Positions 18,675 to 33,657 are shown, numbered from the stretch's first letter. The stretch is 64,000 nucleotides of DNA from an uncultured Eubacteriales bacterium (GCA_964406675.1 CAYOSP010000004.1:45426-109425), one strand, 5' to 3'. The notes: generated from the sequence alone by a model not told the origin. Made by a program: numbers and translations.

Positions 18675-19628
18675 GTGACCATGCAGACACTCACATTCCA
18701 GGAGATCATCCTCAGGCTCTCGCGGTTCTGGGCCGAGTACGGCTGCGTGCTCGTGCAGCCGTACGACGTGGAGGTCGGCGCGGGCACCTTCCACCCGGCC
18801 ACGACGCTGCGTTCACTCGGCCCGGAGACGTGGAACACCGCTTACGTGCAGCCGTCCAGGCGGCCCACCGACGGGCGCTACGGGGAGAACCCCAACCGGC
18901 TGCAGCACTACTACCAGTACCAGGTGATCCTGAAGCCGAGCCCCGACGACATCCAGGACGTCTACCTCGACAGCCTGCGCGCGATGGGTATCCGGCCCGA
19001 GGAGCACGACGTCCGGTTCGTCGAGGACGATTGGGAGAGCCCGACCCTCGGCGCGTGGGGGCTGGGGTGGGAGGTCTGGCTCGACGGCATGGAGGTCACC
19101 CAGTTCACCTACTTCCAGCAGGTGGGCGGCTTCGAGTGTCGGCCCGTGCCCGGCGAGATCACGTACGGGCTGGAGCGTCTCGCGATGTACATCCAGGGCG
19201 TCGACAGCGTGTTCGACATCACCTGGGTGGACGGTGTGAGCTACGGGGACGTGTTCCACCAGAACGAGGTGGAGTTCTCCCGGTACAACTTCGAGGTCGC
19301 CGACGCGTCGATGCTCTTCTACCTGTTCGACACGTTCGAGAAGGAGTGCGTCTCGGCGCTCGACTCCGGGCTCGTCCTGCCCGCCTACGACTACGTGCTC
19401 AAGTGTTCGCACGTGTTCAACCTGCTCGACGCGCGCGGAGCGATCGCGGTCACCGAGCGCACCGGCTTCATCGGACGGGTCCGCGATCTGGCGCGCGCGT
19501 GTGCCGAGGGCTACCTGCGCTCGAAGGGCCACCTGCCGCCGCTCGAGGACGATGCGGAGAACGCGGCCCAGGGCGCGCCGGAGACCGCGGCCCAGGGCGC
19601 CGACGCCGAGGAGGGGGAGACCTCGTGA
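18675..19628 (+). CDS. glyQ: Glycine--tRNA ligase alpha subunit
   Basis: [25 protein letters not shown] is highly conserved in GlyQ. ATG 18681 aligns better with GlyQ N-termini than GTG 18675, and no SD sequence precedes either. Confidence 0.95.
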   Translation: MTMQTLTFQEIILRLSRFWAEYGCVLVQPYDVEVGAGTFHPATTLRSLGPETWNTAYVQPSRRPTDGRYGENPNRLQHYYQYQVILKPSPDDIQDVYLDSLRAMGIRPEEHDVRFVEDDWESPTLGAWGLGWEVWLDGMEVTQFTYFQQVGGFECRPVPGEITYGLERLAMYIQGVDSVFDITWVDGVSYGDVFHQNEVEFSRYNFEVADASMLFYLFDTFEKECVSALDSGLVLPAYDYVLKCSHVFNLLDARGAIAVTERTGFIGRVRDLARACAEGYLRSKGHLPPLEDDAENAAQGAPETAAQGADAEEGETS

Positions 19629-21700
19629 GCCGCGATCTGCTGTTCGAGATCGGCACCGAGGAGATCCCTTCGGCGCACCTATACCACGCGATCGCGCATC
19701 TGGAGCGGGTCGTCCCCGAAGCGCTCTCCGAAGCGCGCCTGTCCTACGAGGCCGTCCGCGTGCTCGCGTCTCCGCGACGGCTCGCAGTGCTGGTCGACGG
19801 TCTCTCGAAGAGCCAACCCGACGTGGAGCACGAGCTGCGCGGCCCGTCCGTCGCGCATGCCTTCGACGAGGAGGACGGGCCCACCAAGGCCGCCGAGGGA
19901 TTCGCTCGCTCGAAGGGTGTGGCGGTCGAGGAGCTCGAGCGCAGGGAGGCCGACGGCGGCGAGTACGTGTTCGCCGTGGTCCACGAGGCGGGCAAGCCGG
20001 CCGTCCAGGTCCTGCCCGACCTGCTCGCCGGACTCGCCGGCGGGATCGACTGGCCGAAGTCGATGCGCTGGGGCGCGGGGGACTCTCGTTTCTCGCGTCC
20101 GGTCCGCTGGCTGGTCGCGCTCTTCGGCGACGAGGTGGTGCCGGTGCGCTTCGCGGGACTCGACGCCGACCGGGTGACACGGGGGCACCGATTCCTCTCG
20201 GAGGGCGAGCTCACGTTGTCCTCCGCCGAGCCGTACGCGGAGGCGCTGCGGGACGTGCGGGTGGTCGTGGACCAGAGCGAGCGCGCCGCCTTGATCCGCG
20301 AGGGCATCGAGCGGGTCGCCCGCGAGCACGGCGTGGAAGCGGTCGTCGACCAGAAGGTACTCGCCGAGGTGATCGACCTGGTCGAGTGGCCCACGGTCGC
20401 GCTCGGCTCGTTCGACGAGGAGTTCCTGGAGGTGCCCCGTGAGGTACTCGAGACGGCGATGGGATCGCATCAGCGCTACTTCCCGGTGCAACGGGAAGGC
20501 GGCTCGCTGAGGGCGTCCTTCATCGTCGTGCACAACGGCGCGCCGGAGTTGACGGACACCATCGTGGCCGGGCACGAACGCGTACTGCGCGCACGCCTGG
20601 CCGACGCCGCGTTCTTCTTCACCGAGGACACCTCGCGAGGACTGGAGACGTACGTGCCCGAACTCGACGCGATCGTGTTCCAGGAGCGACTCGGCACGGT
20701 CGGCGCGCGGGTCGGCCGGGTGGAAGCGCTCACGCGTGCGCTGGCCGAGCAGGTGGCCGTTCCGCCGGACGAGGCGGCGTGGGCCGCGCGGGCCGCGCAT
20801 CTCGCGAAGGCCGACCTGGTGACCGACATGGTCGTCGAGTTCCCGACCCTGCAAGGGGTGATGGGCCGGCACTACGCGCTCGCGAGCGGGGAAGCGTCCG
20901 AGGTCGCTCAGGTGATCGAGGAACACTACCTGCCGAGGCACGCGGGGGACGAGTTGCCCGAGACGCTCGCCGGCGCGCTCGTCTCGGTGGCGGACAAGCT
21001 GGACACCATCGTAGGCATCTTCGCCATCGACATGGCGCCCACCGGTTCGGCGGATCCGTACGCCCTGCGCCGCAGCGCGCTCGGCATCCTGCGGATCATC
21101 ATCGAGCGCGAGATACGCGTCGGCCTGGACGAGGCCATCGCGGCGGCGCTCGACGGCTTCGAGGACGTGGTCCCCGGACTCGATCGCCAGGAGACCGGGC
21201 GCCGGATCAAGGAGTTCGTCCTCGGTCGCATGGAGACGGTGCTGAAGGACCGCGGGCACGCGTACGACACCATCGCGGCCGTGCTGCCCGCCGCAGGCGA
21301 CGATCCCGCCGACGCGGTGGCGCGCGCCGACGCGCTCACCGCGGCGCGCGGGGAGGCGGTGATCGCGGATCTGTCGGTCGCGTACGAGCGGGCGAAGAAC
21401 CTCGCCGACCCGGCGCTGGGCGCGGAGGTCGATCCGGGCGCGATGGAGCAGGACGAGGAACGAGCCCTTCTCGAGGCCCTCGAGGATGCCGAGTCCCGTG
21501 TGGACGCGGCCATGACGGACGGGGACTACGTCGCCGCGCTCGGGGTTCTGGCCGAGATGCGCGGCCCGGTGGACTCCTTCTTCGACGAGGTGCTCGTGAT
21601 GGCGGACGACGAGCGTCTCCGCGAGAACCGGTTGCGCCTCCTCAACCGTTTCGTCGAGCTGTGCTCGCGCTTCGCCGACTTCGGCCGGCTCACGGTCTAG
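19625..21700 (+). CDS. glyS: Glycine--tRNA ligase beta subunit
   Basis: (M)[16 protein letters not shown]-terminus, 691 aa. GTGA overlap with the glyQ stop. The 956-aa track ORF is an off-frame extension through glyQ. Confidence 0.9.
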   Translation: MSRDLLFEIGTEEIPSAHLYHAIAHLERVVPEALSEARLSYEAVRVLASPRRLAVLVDGLSKSQPDVEHELRGPSVAHAFDEEDGPTKAAEGFARSKGVAVEELERREADGGEYVFAVVHEAGKPAVQVLPDLLAGLAGGIDWPKSMRWGAGDSRFSRPVRWLVALFGDEVVPVRFAGLDADRVTRGHRFLSEGELTLSSAEPYAEALRDVRVVVDQSERAALIREGIERVAREHGVEAVVDQKVLAEVIDLVEWPTVALGSFDEEFLEVPREVLETAMGSHQRYFPVQREGGSLRASFIVVHNGAPELTDTIVAGHERVLRARLADAAFFFTEDTSRGLETYVPELDAIVFQERLGTVGARVGRVEALTRALAEQVAVPPDEAAWAARAAHLAKADLVTDMVVEFPTLQGVMGRHYALASGEASEVAQVIEEHYLPRHAGDELPETLAGALVSVADKLDTIVGIFAIDMAPTGSADPYALRRSALGILRIIIEREIRVGLDEAIAAALDGFEDVVPGLDRQETGRRIKEFVLGRMETVLKDRGHAYDTIAAVLPAAGDDPADAVARADALTAARGEAVIADLSVAYERAKNLADPALGAEVDPGAMEQDEERALLEALEDAESRVDAAMTDGDYVAALGVLAEMRGPVDSFFDEVLVMADDERLRENRLRLLNRFVELCSRFADFGRLTV

Positions 21701-21708
21701 GTACCGGC

Positions 21709-22542
21709 GTGGGGGAGGACCGCGTGGAGTCGAGTCCCGAGGTGACCGAGTCCACCGTGAGGGTGTACGTGGTCTCGGACTCCCTGGGCGAGACCGCCGA
21801 GCAGGTCGCGCGAGCCGCGCTCACGCAGTTCGCCGAGGGTGACTTCCGTGTCGTGCGCGTTCCGCGCATCGTGTCCGTCGAGCAACTCTCCACATGGCTC
21901 GCCACCACGTGCAGACAGCCGTGCGTGGTCTTCTATACGCTCGCGGAGCCCGATACGCGCGAGGTCATGGACCGGGCGGTGGAGCGCGGCGTACGGGCGG
22001 TCGACGTGATGGGTGAGGGGGTGAGCGCGCTCGCGCTCGCGTCCGGCGCGGAACCGGTGTGGCGCAGCGGCGGCACCATGCGCCCCGGGCGGGGCTCCCT
22101 ACAGTGGTTCGAGGCCCTGGAGTTCGCCTTCCGGCACGACGACGGCAAGCATCCCGAGGAACTCGACCGGGCCGACATCGTGCTGATCGGCGCCTCGAGG
22201 ACGTCCAAGACGCCGCTGTCGATGTACCTGGCCTTCCGCGGCCACGCGGTGGCGAACGTGCCGCTGGTCGCGGACGTGCAGACGCCGCCCGAACTGTTCG
22301 ATCTGGACCCGTCGAAGGTCTTCGGACTCACCACCGAGGCGGACCTGCTCGTGCGCATCCGCGCGAAGCGGGCGGCGGAGATGGGCCGCTTCTCGGGGTC
22401 GTACGCGAGCATGCACGGGGTGTCGCGCGATCTCGATACCGCGCGCCGCGTCATGCGCCGTATCGGGTGTCGGGTCGTGTGGACGGGGGACCGCGCGATC
22501 GAGGAGGCCGCGGCCGAGATCACCCGCTACCTGGAGGCGTGA
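21709..22542 (+). CDS. Pyruvate, phosphate dikinase regulatory protein (PDRP, DUF299 kinase/pyrophosphorylase)
   Basis: VYVVSDSLGETAE N-terminus and a GASRTSKTPLSMYLA P-loop, about 277 aa, directly upstream of ppdK. The GTG 21709 start is approximate. Confidence 0.85.
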   Translation: MGEDRVESSPEVTESTVRVYVVSDSLGETAEQVARAALTQFAEGDFRVVRVPRIVSVEQLSTWLATTCRQPCVVFYTLAEPDTREVMDRAVERGVRAVDVMGEGVSALALASGAEPVWRSGGTMRPGRGSLQWFEALEFAFRHDDGKHPEELDRADIVLIGASRTSKTPLSMYLAFRGHAVANVPLVADVQTPPELFDLDPSKVFGLTTEADLLVRIRAKRAAEMGRFSGSYASMHGVSRDLDTARRVMRRIGCRVVWTGDRAIEEAAAEITRYLEA

Positions 22543-22659
22543 GGGAGGCGCCCGCCGGCCCGCCTATCCCGACTCCGGGTACGTTACCATTGGGGACGCG
22601 AACGACGAGGTATCGAGCAGGTGTCCACGAGGGACCGACCAGTCACCGATGAGGGACCG

Positions 22660-25371
<2,712 letters not shown>

Positions 25372-25405
25372 CCACGAGACGAGTCGTGAGACGCGGGGGC
25401 GCACG

Positions 25406-26452
25406 GTGACCCGCATACGCACCCGAGAGGACGCGGAGCGCGAGGAGCGGCAGCGGCTGTCTCCTCGCGCCGCGTTCGCCGACGAGAGCCGAGGACGCGA
25501 TCGACCCCTCGAGCAGGATCCGCTGCGCACCGTCTTCCAGCGCGACCGCGACCGCGTCATCCACTGCAAGGCGTTCCGTCGCCTGTCGCACAAGACGCAG
25601 GTATTCCTCGCGCCCGAGGGCGACCACTACCGCACGCGTCTCACCCACACGCTGGAGGTCGCGCAGATATCGCGGTCGGTGGCGCGCTCCCTGCGGCTCA
25701 ACGAGGACCTCACCGAGGCGATCGCGCTCGCCCACGACCTCGGGCACACGCCGTTCGGTCACATCGGCGAGGACGCGCTCACGGCCGAGCTCGAGCGTCT
25801 GGAGGCAGACGGCCGCGGGGCCGAGGACGTGTCGGCGCCGTTCGAGCACAACGTGCAGTCGCTCAGGGTGGTGGAGTCGCTGGAGTACGAGGGCAAGGGC
25901 CTCGACCTCACCTGGGAGGTGCGCGACGGCATCGCGCGACACACCGGGGACGAGCGGCCGCGCACGCTCGAGGGGCAGATCGTGGCGATCGCGGACCGCA
26001 TCGCGTACGTGAACCACGACATCGACGACGCGATCCGCGGCGGCGTGCTCCGAGAGGACCAGCTTCCCGCCGAGGCCACCGACGTCCTCGGGACGAATCA
26101 CGGCGCGCGCATCACCGCGATGGTGGAGAGCCTGGTGGACACGTCGCTCGACGCCGACGTCATCCGGATGAGCGATGAGGTGTGGGACGCGATGATGACG
26201 CTTCGCAGGTACCTGTTCGAGAACGTGTACCTCCACTCGGACGCGAAGTCGGAGGATCCCAAGGCGTTGCACCTCGTACGGGAGTTGTTCCGCCACTTCG
26301 TCGAGCACCCGGATCAGCTTCCCGAGCCGGACCCGCCGAGAGCCGGGGATTCGGTGCCCCGGCAGGTGGTCGACTACATCGCGGGCATGACGGACCGGTT
26401 CGCGATCCGGACCTACCGTCGTTTCTTCGTTCCCGAAGCGTGGGTGCAGTGA
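25406..26452 (+). CDS. dGTPase-like HD-domain triphosphohydrolase
   Basis: [44 protein letters not shown], and [10 protein letters not shown] at the C-terminus. Confidence 0.8.
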   Translation: MTRIRTREDAEREERQRLSPRAAFADESRGRDRPLEQDPLRTVFQRDRDRVIHCKAFRRLSHKTQVFLAPEGDHYRTRLTHTLEVAQISRSVARSLRLNEDLTEAIALAHDLGHTPFGHIGEDALTAELERLEADGRGAEDVSAPFEHNVQSLRVVESLEYEGKGLDLTWEVRDGIARHTGDERPRTLEGQIVAIADRIAYVNHDIDDAIRGGVLREDQLPAEATDVLGTNHGARITAMVESLVDTSLDADVIRMSDEVWDAMMTLRRYLFENVYLHSDAKSEDPKALHLVRELFRHFVEHPDQLPEPDPPRAGDSVPRQVVDYIAGMTDRFAIRTYRRFFVPEAWVQ

Positions 26453-26473
26453 GCGGCCGACGCTCCCGCCTTG

Positions 26474-26502
26474 TTGCCCCGGTGTAGGCGCTCGGATATC
26501 AT
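26474..26502 (+). promoter_or_regulatory. Candidate sigma-70-type promoter of hppA
   Basis: TTGCCC (26474-26479), a 17-nt spacer, then TATCAT (26497-26502), about 36 nt upstream of the hppA ATG. Confidence 0.3.
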
Positions 26503-26537
26503 GCCGACGAACCGCACGCCCCCAGAAGGGAGCATCG

Positions 26538-28625
26538 ATGGCTGACCTCATGCAGTACGTCGCATGGCTCGCGCCGATCGCCGCCGTGATAGGTATCGTG
26601 GTGGCGTTCGTGTTGGCGCGCTGGGTCCTCGCGCAGGATCCCGGCACCGAGCGCATGCAGGAGATCTCGAAGGCCATCCAGGAGGGAGCGGCGGCCTTCC
26701 TGACTCGCGAGTACAGGGTGTTGGCCTTCTTCGTCGCCGGACTGTTCGTGGTGCTGGGTCTGGCCATCGGCTGGATGACCGGCGTCGCGTTCCTCACGGG
26801 CGCCCTGCTCTCCGGCACCGCCGGCTTCATCGGGATGTACGTCGCCACCAGGGCGAACGCCCGCACCGCGCACGCCGCCAAGAGCGGCGTGGCCAAGGCG
26901 CTCACCGTGGCGTTCCGCTCCGGTCTCACCATGGGCCTCACCGTGGCCTCCCTGGGCCTCGGCGGCCTGGGTCTCTGGGCGCTGTTCCTGATCGTCACCG
27001 GCGACGGCCCGCGTCCGGACATCGTGAACGGCTTCGCGCTCGGAGCCTCGTCGATCGCGCTGTTCGCGCGCGTGGGCGGCGGCATCTACACGAAGGCCGC
27101 CGACGTGGGCGCCGACCTGGTCGGGAAGGTCGAAGCGGGCATCCCGGAGGACGACCCGCGCAACCCGGCCGTGATCGCCGACAACGTGGGCGACAACGTG
27201 GGCGACGTGGCCGGCATGGGCGCCGACCTCTTCGAGAGCTATGTGGGCTCGATCCTCGCTCCGATCGTGCTCGCGGTGGCGCTGTGGGTCAGCGCCGACA
27301 CGAGCGTCGACTTCCTGTTCGGCGTCTCGGCGCCGCTCGTCATCGCCGCGGGCGGCATCATCGCCTCGGTGGTGGGGCTGTTCTTCGTGAGGGCGAAGGA
27401 GGGCGCGAACCTGCACTCGGCGCTCAACGCGGGCACCTACGTGGCGGCCGTCCTCGAGCTCGTCGTGATGGGTCTCATCTTCCGGCACTGGAGCACGCAG
27501 ACCGACGTGGCGGCGCTCTGGTACTTCGGCGCGGTGACGGCGGGTCTGATCGCCGGCATCGCCATCGGGAAGATCACCGAGTACTACACCTCGGATCACT
27601 ACAAGCCGGTGCGCAGGATCGCCGACGCGTCCGAGACGGGGACCGCGACCAACATCATCGCAGGTCTCGAGACCGGCATGCTCTCCACGCTGCTGCCGAT
27701 CCTGGTGGTGGGCGTGGCGATCCTCATCGCCTACTTCACCGGTTACCAGGCGCTGGACGATCCCACGAGCGGCATCTACGGCATCTCGCTCGCCGCGCTC
27801 GGCATGCTCTCGATCACCGCGATCACGGTCGGGGTCGACGCATACGGCCCGGTGGCCGACAACGCCGGCGGTATCGCCGAGATGGGCGAGATGGGCGCGG
27901 ATATCCGCGAGATCACCGACGGGCTCGACTCGGTGGGCAACACCACCGCCGCCATCGCCAAGGGCTTCGCCATCGGATCGGCCGCGCTCACCGCGCTCGC
28001 GCTGTTCAGCGCGTTCCGCACGCAGCTGCAGGCGGAGCTCGACGGCGTGACGCTCGCGCTCGACGAGCCGATCGTGCTCGTCGGGCTGTTCATCGGCGCG
28101 ATGCTCCCGTTCCTCTTCGGCGCACTCACCATGGGCGCCGTGGGTCGGGCGGCGTTCGCGATGATCGAGGAGGTCCGCCGCCAGTTCAAGGAGATCCCGG
28201 GCATCATGGAGGGCACCGGCAAGCCGGACTACGCCGCCTGTGTCGACATCTCGACGAAGGGCGCGCTCAAGGAGATGGTGGTGCCGGGCCTCATCGCGGT
28301 GCTCGTGCCGCTCGGCGTGGGTCTCATCGACGTGAACATGCTCGGCGGCCTGCTCGCGGGCGCGCTGGTGTCCGGCTTCCTGATGGCGATCATGATGGCC
28401 AACGCCGGCGGTGCGTGGGACAACGCCAAGAAGTACATCGAGCGCGGCGCGCACGGCGGGAAGGGCTCGGACGCGCACAAGGCCGCCGTGGTCGGCGACA
28501 CCGTGGGCGACCCGTTCAAGGACACCTCCGGCCCGTCGATGAACATCCTCATCAAGCTGATGACCATCGTGAGCCTGGTGTTCGTGCCGCTCTTCATCGA
28601 GCTCGGGGGCGGGTTCTTCCACTAG
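26538..28625 (+). CDS. hppA: Membrane-integral ion-pumping pyrophosphatase (GNTTAA = K+-dependent-type signature)
   Basis: [28 protein letters not shown], and about 16 TM helices. [12 protein letters not shown] has Ala where K+-independent enzymes have Lys. H+ versus Na+ specificity cannot be called from the sequence. Confidence 0.95.
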   Translation: MADLMQYVAWLAPIAAVIGIVVAFVLARWVLAQDPGTERMQEISKAIQEGAAAFLTREYRVLAFFVAGLFVVLGLAIGWMTGVAFLTGALLSGTAGFIGMYVATRANARTAHAAKSGVAKALTVAFRSGLTMGLTVASLGLGGLGLWALFLIVTGDGPRPDIVNGFALGASSIALFARVGGGIYTKAADVGADLVGKVEAGIPEDDPRNPAVIADNVGDNVGDVAGMGADLFESYVGSILAPIVLAVALWVSADTSVDFLFGVSAPLVIAAGGIIASVVGLFFVRAKEGANLHSALNAGTYVAAVLELVVMGLIFRHWSTQTDVAALWYFGAVTAGLIAGIAIGKITEYYTSDHYKPVRRIADASETGTATNIIAGLETGMLSTLLPILVVGVAILIAYFTGYQALDDPTSGIYGISLAALGMLSITAITVGVDAYGPVADNAGGIAEMGEMGADIREITDGLDSVGNTTAAIAKGFAIGSAALTALALFSAFRTQLQAELDGVTLALDEPIVLVGLFIGAMLPFLFGALTMGAVGRAAFAMIEEVRRQFKEIPGIMEGTGKPDYAACVDISTKGALKEMVVPGLIAVLVPLGVGLIDVNMLGGLLAGALVSGFLMAIMMANAGGAWDNAKKYIERGAHGGKGSDAHKAAVVGDTVGDPFKDTSGPSMNILIKLMTIVSLVFVPLFIELGGGFFH

Positions 28626-28773
28626 GAGACCGTCCGGCCGGCCGAAGAGCCGTCGCGGCGCGTTGGGCGTCGGTGGCGTCGGGTAACATGCATATGAACG
28701 GCGACGGGCCCGGCCGTGAGGTCGGGCCCGTGTCGTCGCCGAGCGAGTCGGACGCCCGAGAGAGGAGGTCGCG

Positions 28774-30660
28774 TTGGGCCGCATCCCCGAAGAGGACATC
28801 GAGAAGGTGCGCGACGCGACCGACGTCGTCCAGGTCGTCGGCGAGACGGTGATGCTCAAGCAGAAGGGGCGCCTGTGGTGGGGGCTGTGCCCGTTCCACA
28901 ACGAGAAGACCCCCTCGTTCAAGGTCGACCCGTCCACCGGTCTGTGGCACTGCTTCGGCTGCGGCGAGGGCGGGGACGTGTTCGGGTTCCTGATGAAGCG
29001 CGAGTCCCTCGAGTTCCCGGATGCCGTGCGCGAGCTGGCGGACGTGGCCAACATCGAGCTGCACGAGACCGGCGGAGCCGTCCCCAAGAGCGAGCGCGAC
29101 CGGCTCGTCGAGGTGTGCGAGGCCGCGGTCGCGTTCTACCACGGCGTCCTGACCACCTCTCGCGACCCTCGAGCCCAGGAGGCCCGCACGTATCTGGCGG
29201 AGCGCGGGTTCGGTATCGACGTGGCGAAGCGGTTCGAACTCGGTTTCGCTCCGGACGCACGTGCCGCGCTCACCCAGACGCTCACCAAGCGAGGCTTCAC
29301 CCGCAAGGAGCTCCTCGACGCGAACCTCTCCCTCGAGACGGACGGCGGTCGGCTCAAGGACCGCTTCTTCGGGAGGGTGATGTTCCCGATCCGCGATCTG
29401 CGCGGTCGAGCGGTGGCCTTCGGCGGCCGTGTGGTGGGGGAGGGAGAACCCAAGTACCTGAACTCGAACGAGACCGCGGTGTTCCACAAATCGTCGACGC
29501 TCTACGCGCTCGACCGGGCGAAGAACCCGATCGTGACCGAGGGGACCGCGGTGGTGGTGGAGGGCTACACGGACGTGATCGCGATGTACGAGGCCGGACT
29601 GCGGCACGCTGTCGCCACGCTCGGCACGGCGCTCACCGCCCAGCACGTGAAGACGCTGAGCCGCTTCGCCGACAAGGTGGTGTACCTGTTCGATGGGGAT
29701 GAGGCCGGCCGTCGGGCGGCGGCCCGGGCGGCCGAGTTCCTGGAGTGGCAGGCCACACCGGAGAAGCGGGTGGGTAGGGTGGAGCTGCTCGTCGCGGTGG
29801 TGCCCGAGGGCATGGATCCCGCGGACTACGTGGCCCGGAAGGGCGCTGACGACATGCACGCGGTGATCGAGGAGGCCGAGCCGCTGCTCCGCTTCGTGCT
29901 GGACAGGCGGCTCAACGCGCACGACCTCGCCACGCCGGAAGGCCGGTCGCGCGCGCTCGCCGACGCCGCGGGTGTCCTCGCCGGTCTGAAGGGGTCGTTG
30001 CTCGGACACGACTACGCCATCTTCGTGGCCGACCGCCTGGGGGTGGAGTACGAGACGGTCCAGGGCGAGATGATGCGCGCCCGCCCGGACGTCTCGCTCG
30101 AGGACAGCCCGGAGGAGGGTACCGGGTCAGGCGAGGGGGGCGCGGACGCGGTCACCGATCCGGAGCGGCGGACGGAGGTGGAGGCGCTGCGCCTGGTAGC
30201 GACCTGCGCCGGGGTGCGTGATGAGGCACGCGTATTGCTTGACGAGGGACTCGTCCGTAGCCCGGAGATCCGCGAGGCGATCCGCGTGGTACTCGAGGCG
30301 GGGGGCGCCGAGGGCGGCGCGCTCTACGAACGGCTGCGGGTATCGCACCCGGAGGCGGCCAAACTGGTGTCCGGATTCCTGGTGGAGGAAGAGGGGATCG
30401 GGACCGATGAATGTCTTGCGGCGTTGCGGGGAATAGATGATAGGCTCCAGGAATTCGGCCTCAGACGTCAAATAACGAGGTTGAGGGCGCGGCTGGAGGA
30501 GATGGACCCCGAGGAGGACCGCGCCGACTACGACGCATTGTTCCGCGAGATCGCCCTGCTCCAGCGGCAGATGAAGGCCGGCGGTCTCGTGCGGCCCGCA
30601 AGCGACGACCCGGAGGACCGGTATCAGCGTGACACAGAAGGCGAAGAAGAAGACGGATAA
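28774..30660 (+). CDS. dnaG: DNA primase
   Basis: Zinc ribbon [13 protein letters not shown]...[11 protein letters not shown], and a TOPRIM domain [10 protein letters not shown]...[12 protein letters not shown] start after GAGGAGG. Confidence 0.95.
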   Translation: MGRIPEEDIEKVRDATDVVQVVGETVMLKQKGRLWWGLCPFHNEKTPSFKVDPSTGLWHCFGCGEGGDVFGFLMKRESLEFPDAVRELADVANIELHETGGAVPKSERDRLVEVCEAAVAFYHGVLTTSRDPRAQEARTYLAERGFGIDVAKRFELGFAPDARAALTQTLTKRGFTRKELLDANLSLETDGGRLKDRFFGRVMFPIRDLRGRAVAFGGRVVGEGEPKYLNSNETAVFHKSSTLYALDRAKNPIVTEGTAVVVEGYTDVIAMYEAGLRHAVATLGTALTAQHVKTLSRFADKVVYLFDGDEAGRRAAARAAEFLEWQATPEKRVGRVELLVAVVPEGMDPADYVARKGADDMHAVIEEAEPLLRFVLDRRLNAHDLATPEGRSRALADAAGVLAGLKGSLLGHDYAIFVADRLGVEYETVQGEMMRARPDVSLEDSPEEGTGSGEGGADAVTDPERRTEVEALRLVATCAGVRDEARVLLDEGLVRSPEIREAIRVVLEAGGAEGGALYERLRVSHPEAAKLVSGFLVEEEGIGTDECLAALRGIDDRLQEFGLRRQITRLRARLEEMDPEEDRADYDALFREIALLQRQMKAGGLVRPASDDPEDRYQRDTEGEEEDG

Positions 30661-32032
30661 GAAAGCCCCCGAGTTGGAGCTCTCGGCGGTGAAGAGACTG
30701 ACCAAGCTGGGTTCGCAGCAGGGTCGACTCACTGGCGATGAGATCGAGGACGCGCTCGGGGATATCGAGTTGAACGACGATCAGGTCGACCGCATCTACT
30801 CACACTTCGCCGACAAGGGCATCGACATAGTCGAGGAGGACACCGACGTCAGCGAGGAAGAGGTCGACCGGATCCTCGAGGACGAGAAGAAGGCCGCGCG
30901 CGAGAAGGACGACGGCGACGGCGACGGCGGCGGTGGCGGGTCGGAGAAGCGCTCGAAGTCCGGATCGAGATCCGGGTCGAAGAAGTCGTCGAAGTCGGAC
31001 GCCGAGAGCGGCGATGGCGGCAAGGACGCCCAGAAGGATGCCGAGAAGGACGCCAAGTCCAAGAGCGCCGCGAAGAAGCGCAAGAAGGCCGCAAGCCCCT
31101 CGCTGCAGCCGCTCACCAGCGATCCCGTGCGGATGTACCTGAAGGAGATCGGGAAGGTCCCCCTCCTGACCGCACGCCAGGAGGTCGACCTCGCGATGAA
31201 GATCGAGGCCGGCACGGAGGCGAGTCAGAAGCTCGATGAGGCGCGCGAGGCCGGCGTCGAGCTGAACCGCGCCGAGGAGCGTCGTCTGGAGCGCATCGAG
31301 GCGACGGGTCTCATGGCCAAGCGCCAGCTGGTCGAGGCGAACCTGCGCCTGGTGGTCTCGATCGCCAAGCGCTACGTGGGTCGCGGCATGCTGTTCCTGG
31401 ACCTCATCCAAGAGGGCAACCTCGGCCTCATCCGGGCCGTAGAGAAGTTCGACTACACGAAGGGTTACAAGTTCTCCACCTACGCCACGTGGTGGATCCG
31501 CCAGGCCATCACGCGCGCTATCGCTGACCAGGCTCGGACCATCCGCATCCCCGTGCACATGGTCGAGACGATCAACAAGCTCATCCGCATCCAGCGTCAG
31601 CTCCTCCAGGACCTCGGCCGCGAGCCCGCACCCGAGGAGATCGGCGAGCAGATGGACATGACCGCCGAGCGCGTGCGCGAGATCCTGAAGATCTCCCAGG
31701 AGCCGGTCTCCCTCGAGACGCCCATCGGCGAGGAAGAGGACAGCCAGCTCGGTGACTTCATCGAGGACGGCGAGGCGGTCGTCCCGCCGGAGGCCGCGTC
31801 GTTCTCGATGCTCCAGGAGCAGCTCTCGTCCGTGCTCGACGCGCTCTCGGAGCGCGAGCGTCGCGTCATCGAGCTCCGCTTCGGCCTGCTCGACGGCCAT
31901 CCCCGCACGCTCGAGGAGGTCGGCCGGGAGTTCGGAGTGACGCGGGAGCGCATCAGGCAGATCGAGTCGAAGACGCTCTCCAAGCTGCGACACCCCACGC
32001 GTTCGAGCAGGCTCAAGGACTACCTGGAGTAG
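30629..32032 (+). CDS. rpoD: Primary (group 1) RNA polymerase sigma factor
   Basis: Lys/Asp-rich N-terminal region, [37 protein letters not shown] (regions 2.x-3), and [20 protein letters not shown] (4.2). GTG 30629 overlaps dnaG by 32 nt; TTG 30674 or GTG 30689 are alternative starts. Confidence 0.9.
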   Translation: MTQKAKKKTDKKAPELELSAVKRLTKLGSQQGRLTGDEIEDALGDIELNDDQVDRIYSHFADKGIDIVEEDTDVSEEEVDRILEDEKKAAREKDDGDGDGGGGGSEKRSKSGSRSGSKKSSKSDAESGDGGKDAQKDAEKDAKSKSAAKKRKKAASPSLQPLTSDPVRMYLKEIGKVPLLTARQEVDLAMKIEAGTEASQKLDEAREAGVELNRAEERRLERIEATGLMAKRQLVEANLRLVVSIAKRYVGRGMLFLDLIQEGNLGLIRAVEKFDYTKGYKFSTYATWWIRQAITRAIADQARTIRIPVHMVETINKLIRIQRQLLQDLGREPAPEEIGEQMDMTAERVREILKISQEPVSLETPIGEEEDSQLGDFIEDGEAVVPPEAASFSMLQEQLSSVLDALSERERRVIELRFGLLDGHPRTLEEVGREFGVTRERIRQIESKTLSKLRHPTRSSRLKDYLE

Positions 32033-32071
32033 CCGTCGGCATCCGCTGGATGGCCGTTCACGCCTCGGTGA

Positions 32072-33514
32072 TCACGCCTCGGTGAACTCGAAGGCTCCCG
32101 TGTCGAAGAGCTCGGAGCAGATGTCCACGATGTCCGCGTCGTAGAGCGTGCCGGCGCCCGTCCGCACCTCGTGCAGGGCCGCGTCGAGGCCCAGGGACGG
32201 CCGGTACGGCCGGTGCGAGGACATCGCCTCCACCACGTCGGCGACCGCGAGGATACGGGCCTCCAGGAGGATACTCTCCGCTTTCAGGCCGCCGGGGTAG
32301 CCTGAACCGTCGAGCCGCTCGTGATGCTGGACGATGATGTCCGCGAGGGGTGTGTCGGACTCGATACGACTCACGATGGACTCGCTGACGGTCGGGTGCT
32401 CCTTGATGAAGTCGTACTCGGCCGTGGTGAGCTGACCGGGCTTGTTGAGTATCTCCGCGGGTACCGAGAGCTTACCCACGTCATGGATGAGGGCCGCCGT
32501 GCGTATACCGGAGATCTGCTGCTCGTCGTGCCCGAGTTCGAGGCTGATGCGTTCGGCGAGCTCGGCGACCCGTTTCTCGTGCCCGGCGGTGTAGGGGTCG
32601 CGTATCTGCGTGATGTACACGACGGCTTCGATGGTGCTGTCGTAGGCGCGACGGACCTTCTCGAGGGACTCGCGGAGGTCGCGCTCCGCCTGATGCTGCG
32701 GCGTGACGTCCTGGAAGACCGCCATGAGTCCCGGCGAGTGGGCCTGCCGATCAGCGATCGAGGCGACGGAGACCTGCAGGTCCACGGTTCGCCCCGAGCG
32801 GCCCTCCATCCGTGTCTCGAACTGTGTCGAGGTACCGTTCCCGCGCAGTTCCTCGGCGATCCGGTCGAGGGAGAGCACGTCCTCTTCGAAGGGAATCGAT
32901 CCACCGAGCACCTGGTCGCGCTCCCAGCCGAACAGGCGCTCGGCGGCGGGGTTCCAGATGGTGACATGGCTGCTGTCGTCCAGTGCGACGATGGCGAGCG
33001 GCGAATCCTCGATCAGCGGGTGGAGCCTGGCGTTGACCTCCTCGAGCTCGGTGACCTTCTGCTCGAGCTTGTTGATGAGGCGCTGGTTGTGACGCTCGAG
33101 GATCTCGACGCCCTTCAGGCGCGGCTCCGGCGACGTGTGATCGGATGGGCCGCGGACGAGGCGGGCGGCGGTCTCGAGAAGGACCTGGGGCTCCTGTGGC
33201 TTGACGAGGAACTCGTCCGCGCCGATGGAGGTCGCGAACTGCTTGTCGAGGGGTTCGGTGTAGTTGGCCGAGTAGAAGAGGAACGGCGTGTCGCGCAGCT
33301 TGGGATCGCGGCGGATCTCCAGACAGAGGCGGTAGCCGTCCATGCGGGGCATGAGGATATCCGAGATGATCAGGTCGAAGTCGGCGCTCTTCGCGGCCTC
33401 CAGGGCCTCCTGACCGTCGGCGGCTATGTCCACCCGATATCCGGCGGCGGAGAAGAGGGTCTCCAGGAGGGTGCGGTTCGCCACGTCGTCGTCTGTGATG
33501 AGTACGTGTGCCAT
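32072..33514 (-). CDS. Response regulator with REC-PAS-HD-GYP architecture (predicted c-di-GMP phosphodiesterase)
   Basis: MAHVLITDDD...DLIISDILMPRMDG (REC), a coiled-coil plus PAS region (SPLAIVALDD...WNPAAERLFGW), then HDVGK and HHERLDGSGYPGG. Only the last 480 codons of the 1057-aa track ORF are a gene. Confidence 0.85.
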   Translation of the reverse strand: MAHVLITDDDVANRTLLETLFSAAGYRVDIAADGQEALEAAKSADFDLIISDILMPRMDGYRLCLEIRRDPKLRDTPFLFYSANYTEPLDKQFATSIGADEFLVKPQEPQVLLETAARLVRGPSDHTSPEPRLKGVEILERHNQRLINKLEQKVTELEEVNARLHPLIEDSPLAIVALDDSSHVTIWNPAAERLFGWERDQVLGGSIPFEEDVLSLDRIAEELRGNGTSTQFETRMEGRSGRTVDLQVSVASIADRQAHSPGLMAVFQDVTPQHQAERDLRESLEKVRRAYDSTIEAVVYITQIRDPYTAGHEKRVAELAERISLELGHDEQQISGIRTAALIHDVGKLSVPAEILNKPGQLTTAEYDFIKEHPTVSESIVSRIESDTPLADIIVQHHERLDGSGYPGGLKAESILLEARILAVADVVEAMSSHRPYRPSLGLDAALHEVRTGAGTLYDADIVDICSELFDTGAFEFTEA

Positions 33515-33657
33515 AGCAATGGTATTCCCTTTATCTGGTAGTCGAACCATCATTCCGGCGCCTGGGCGCCGGCGGTACGGGAATACACCCCCGCGCATAG
33601 GTAACATCGGATCGGAGGCACGCTTCCCTGAGGGAAAGCACTCCGGCGGACGAAGAA

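Noticed and set aside
28626-28773. An imperfect long hairpin (GGCGACGGGCCCG...CGGGCCCGTGTCGTCGCC) between hppA and dnaG as a regulatory RNA element.
   Set aside because: The stem is bulged, it has no U-tract, and I recognise no conserved motif. Most likely it is a weak hppA terminator or incidental GC-rich self-complementarity, and there is not enough evidence to call it.
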